34,043 nt of DNA from assembly GCA_032718475.1 (NCBI GenBank), contig JAUCBJ010005283.1, positions 1 to 34,043 on the forward strand, given 5' to 3'. Position 1 is the first letter of the stretch; every line of letters starts with the position of its first letter. The DNA comes from Nemertoderma westbladi. Its lineage: Eukaryota; Animalia; Xenacoelomorpha. Shown piece by piece: positions 32,247 to 34,043 of this stretch. The translations under genes were made by a program, and so were the position numbers. The notes under the pieces are model-generated. The model was given only the letters and a program-made list of their open reading frames with translations, searched no databases and was not told where the DNA came from.

Positions 32247-34043
32247 ATACATAATATAATTGTTTATTTATCAACGCAAATCCATAATTATGTGCCTTTA
32301 TACATTTTCAATAATTATTTTAATTCTGCTGAATATCTTTGTTTGTATTATTATGAAAATAATAATTATAATTATAAAATAATATTTAATTATTATTATA
32401 AAATAAACAACAAGACTCGCCATCAGAAACCCGACCTGGAAAACCGCTGGTCAACAGAATCGATTCCTAATTTCCAACTTCACGGCGTTCGGGTACTGTT
32501 ATAAATTACGATCCCCGTTCCACATTAATCACCGATACCTGCCGCTGTAAACTTTGCTCCACCACCGGAATTTTAAGATAGTACCACGCACTACCGCAGT
32601 GTCCGTTGTGCCCCCCAATTGCGACTCTGCCACACCTATAAGTGGGTGCATCTACTGTATTACAATAATTTATTATTATGAAAATACGTAGAGGTGCCTA
32701 ATTATTAGATTGTACGTTGAGAGGAATCCGCAAACTATCTATTACTTTATATTCCCTTGGAATTCTAGTTGAGATTGGTTCATGTGCGTTTTTTCGAATT
32801 AATAATATAATAAAAATTAAAAATAATGACGTGGAAATAGCGAGTTTAAGTAAGTAACCCCGGGAAACCAATTTTGAAAATAGGCTGTGATTGGCTGCTA
32901 CATATATGATATTGGTTTCTATGGAGGGTGATTTTAGATCCATTCAAATACACATTAATCTCAATCATTTTACACGTGGCTTATATCAGTAAGCGGAGTG
33001 TCTTGCGCGTCTTTGTTGTCTATGTAAAACTATCTTTGTTTCAAATTTCATACAGTATCATACTGTATTTGTAGAACAATTAAGAGAGGGTGGGGGGGGG
33101 TGCTAGAGCACATGGGTGCTGTAGTATTACTGTTTGTGTGCAACAACTGTTATTATAATCAAAATTCAAATGTGGTTAGAATACTAATTAGCTAATCCGC
33201 CTCCGTCTTGATTTATTTTTCAAGAGATATTATTTGACTAATTAGGGAAAAACGAATAAGTTAACGAGTAAAAAAGACTTGTACTTAGTTTTTCGCATAA
33301 CCTTATTTTGTTCTTAAGTTTCTGCTACATTTGTCGCCAGGATGTCTTACTATTTACTATGCGAAATGCTTACTATGCAAAACATTTAAGGTACATACTG
33401 TATTCAATTCTATATAATTTACAAAAAGTTCACTAATAAAATGAACTAGAAAATTCGCGCAGCTTCACTCCTTGCGTATTTTGATGCCGGTAGTACGGGC
33501 CGCAGTAGGCCTATATGAACTCGATCATAATATCGAGGGTTAAGAAGCAAACGAACCTAACCAATATTAAAAAATGTGAGAAATTTATAAAATACCGTTT
33601 TTTCCATATGTTTAATTGCTTATAGTAAACTTGAACAATAAGATGTATTATAATAAGGAAATATTTTTATAAGGGGGGTGGGGGTAGCATCCCCAAACTG
33701 AACCCCACATTCCAACTCAATTTCAAATTTCAACTCATTTCAGTTAAAATTGGCGGAGAAATAGCCTTTTTCATGTAAAAACGTCATTCTGAGATAAGGG
33801 TGTTTAAGTTTAAGGAACAATTCAAACCTTCCCGCTATTTTAGATAATAGGCCCTACCATTTATCTATGTTTAACAATAAATTTGTCAAAAATGAATGAA
33901 ATTCTACGAAGTGCCCCTTACAATTGTAAAATATAGTGCTGCTCGAAGGCTTGTCAAAAATCAGACTAGCTCTTATGTTTTGGGTAATAACTTGAGTTTG
34001 AGAAAAGATATGAGAAAACTGCTTGCAAATTTGAAATCTCCAT

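Noticed and set aside
33530-33543. GAGGGTTAA as a piggyBac-type end
   Set aside because: No matching TTAACCCT left end or transposase found in the window.

Overview
AT-rich, transposon-dense genomic DNA from an intron-poor animal (invertebrate-like; the species cannot be determined from the sequence). There are three host genes. (1) An uninterrupted 1045-aa ORF (8194-11331, +) with an unusual architecture: caspase domain with intact His/Cys dyad but remodelled S1 pocket and a DEVD in its intersubunit linker, then a ~7-blade WD40 propeller, an acidic/His-rich repeat linker, and a second caspase-8-like domain lacking the catalytic Cys. This is the most notable item. (2) A two-exon HGSNAT homologue (-) whose catalytic His (human H269) is Leu. 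(3) A two-exon VPS39 (+), head-to-head with HGSNAT. The rest is mostly retroelement debris: five RTE-type LINE copies or relics from two families (three with (TAG)n tails), two CR1/L2-group RT fragments, a Penelope-like element with inverted termini and a hammerhead-like motif, a 27-copy 33-bp minisatellite, a tRNA-derived SINE-like head and several small repeats. All calls come from manual reading and motif recall; no searches were run.
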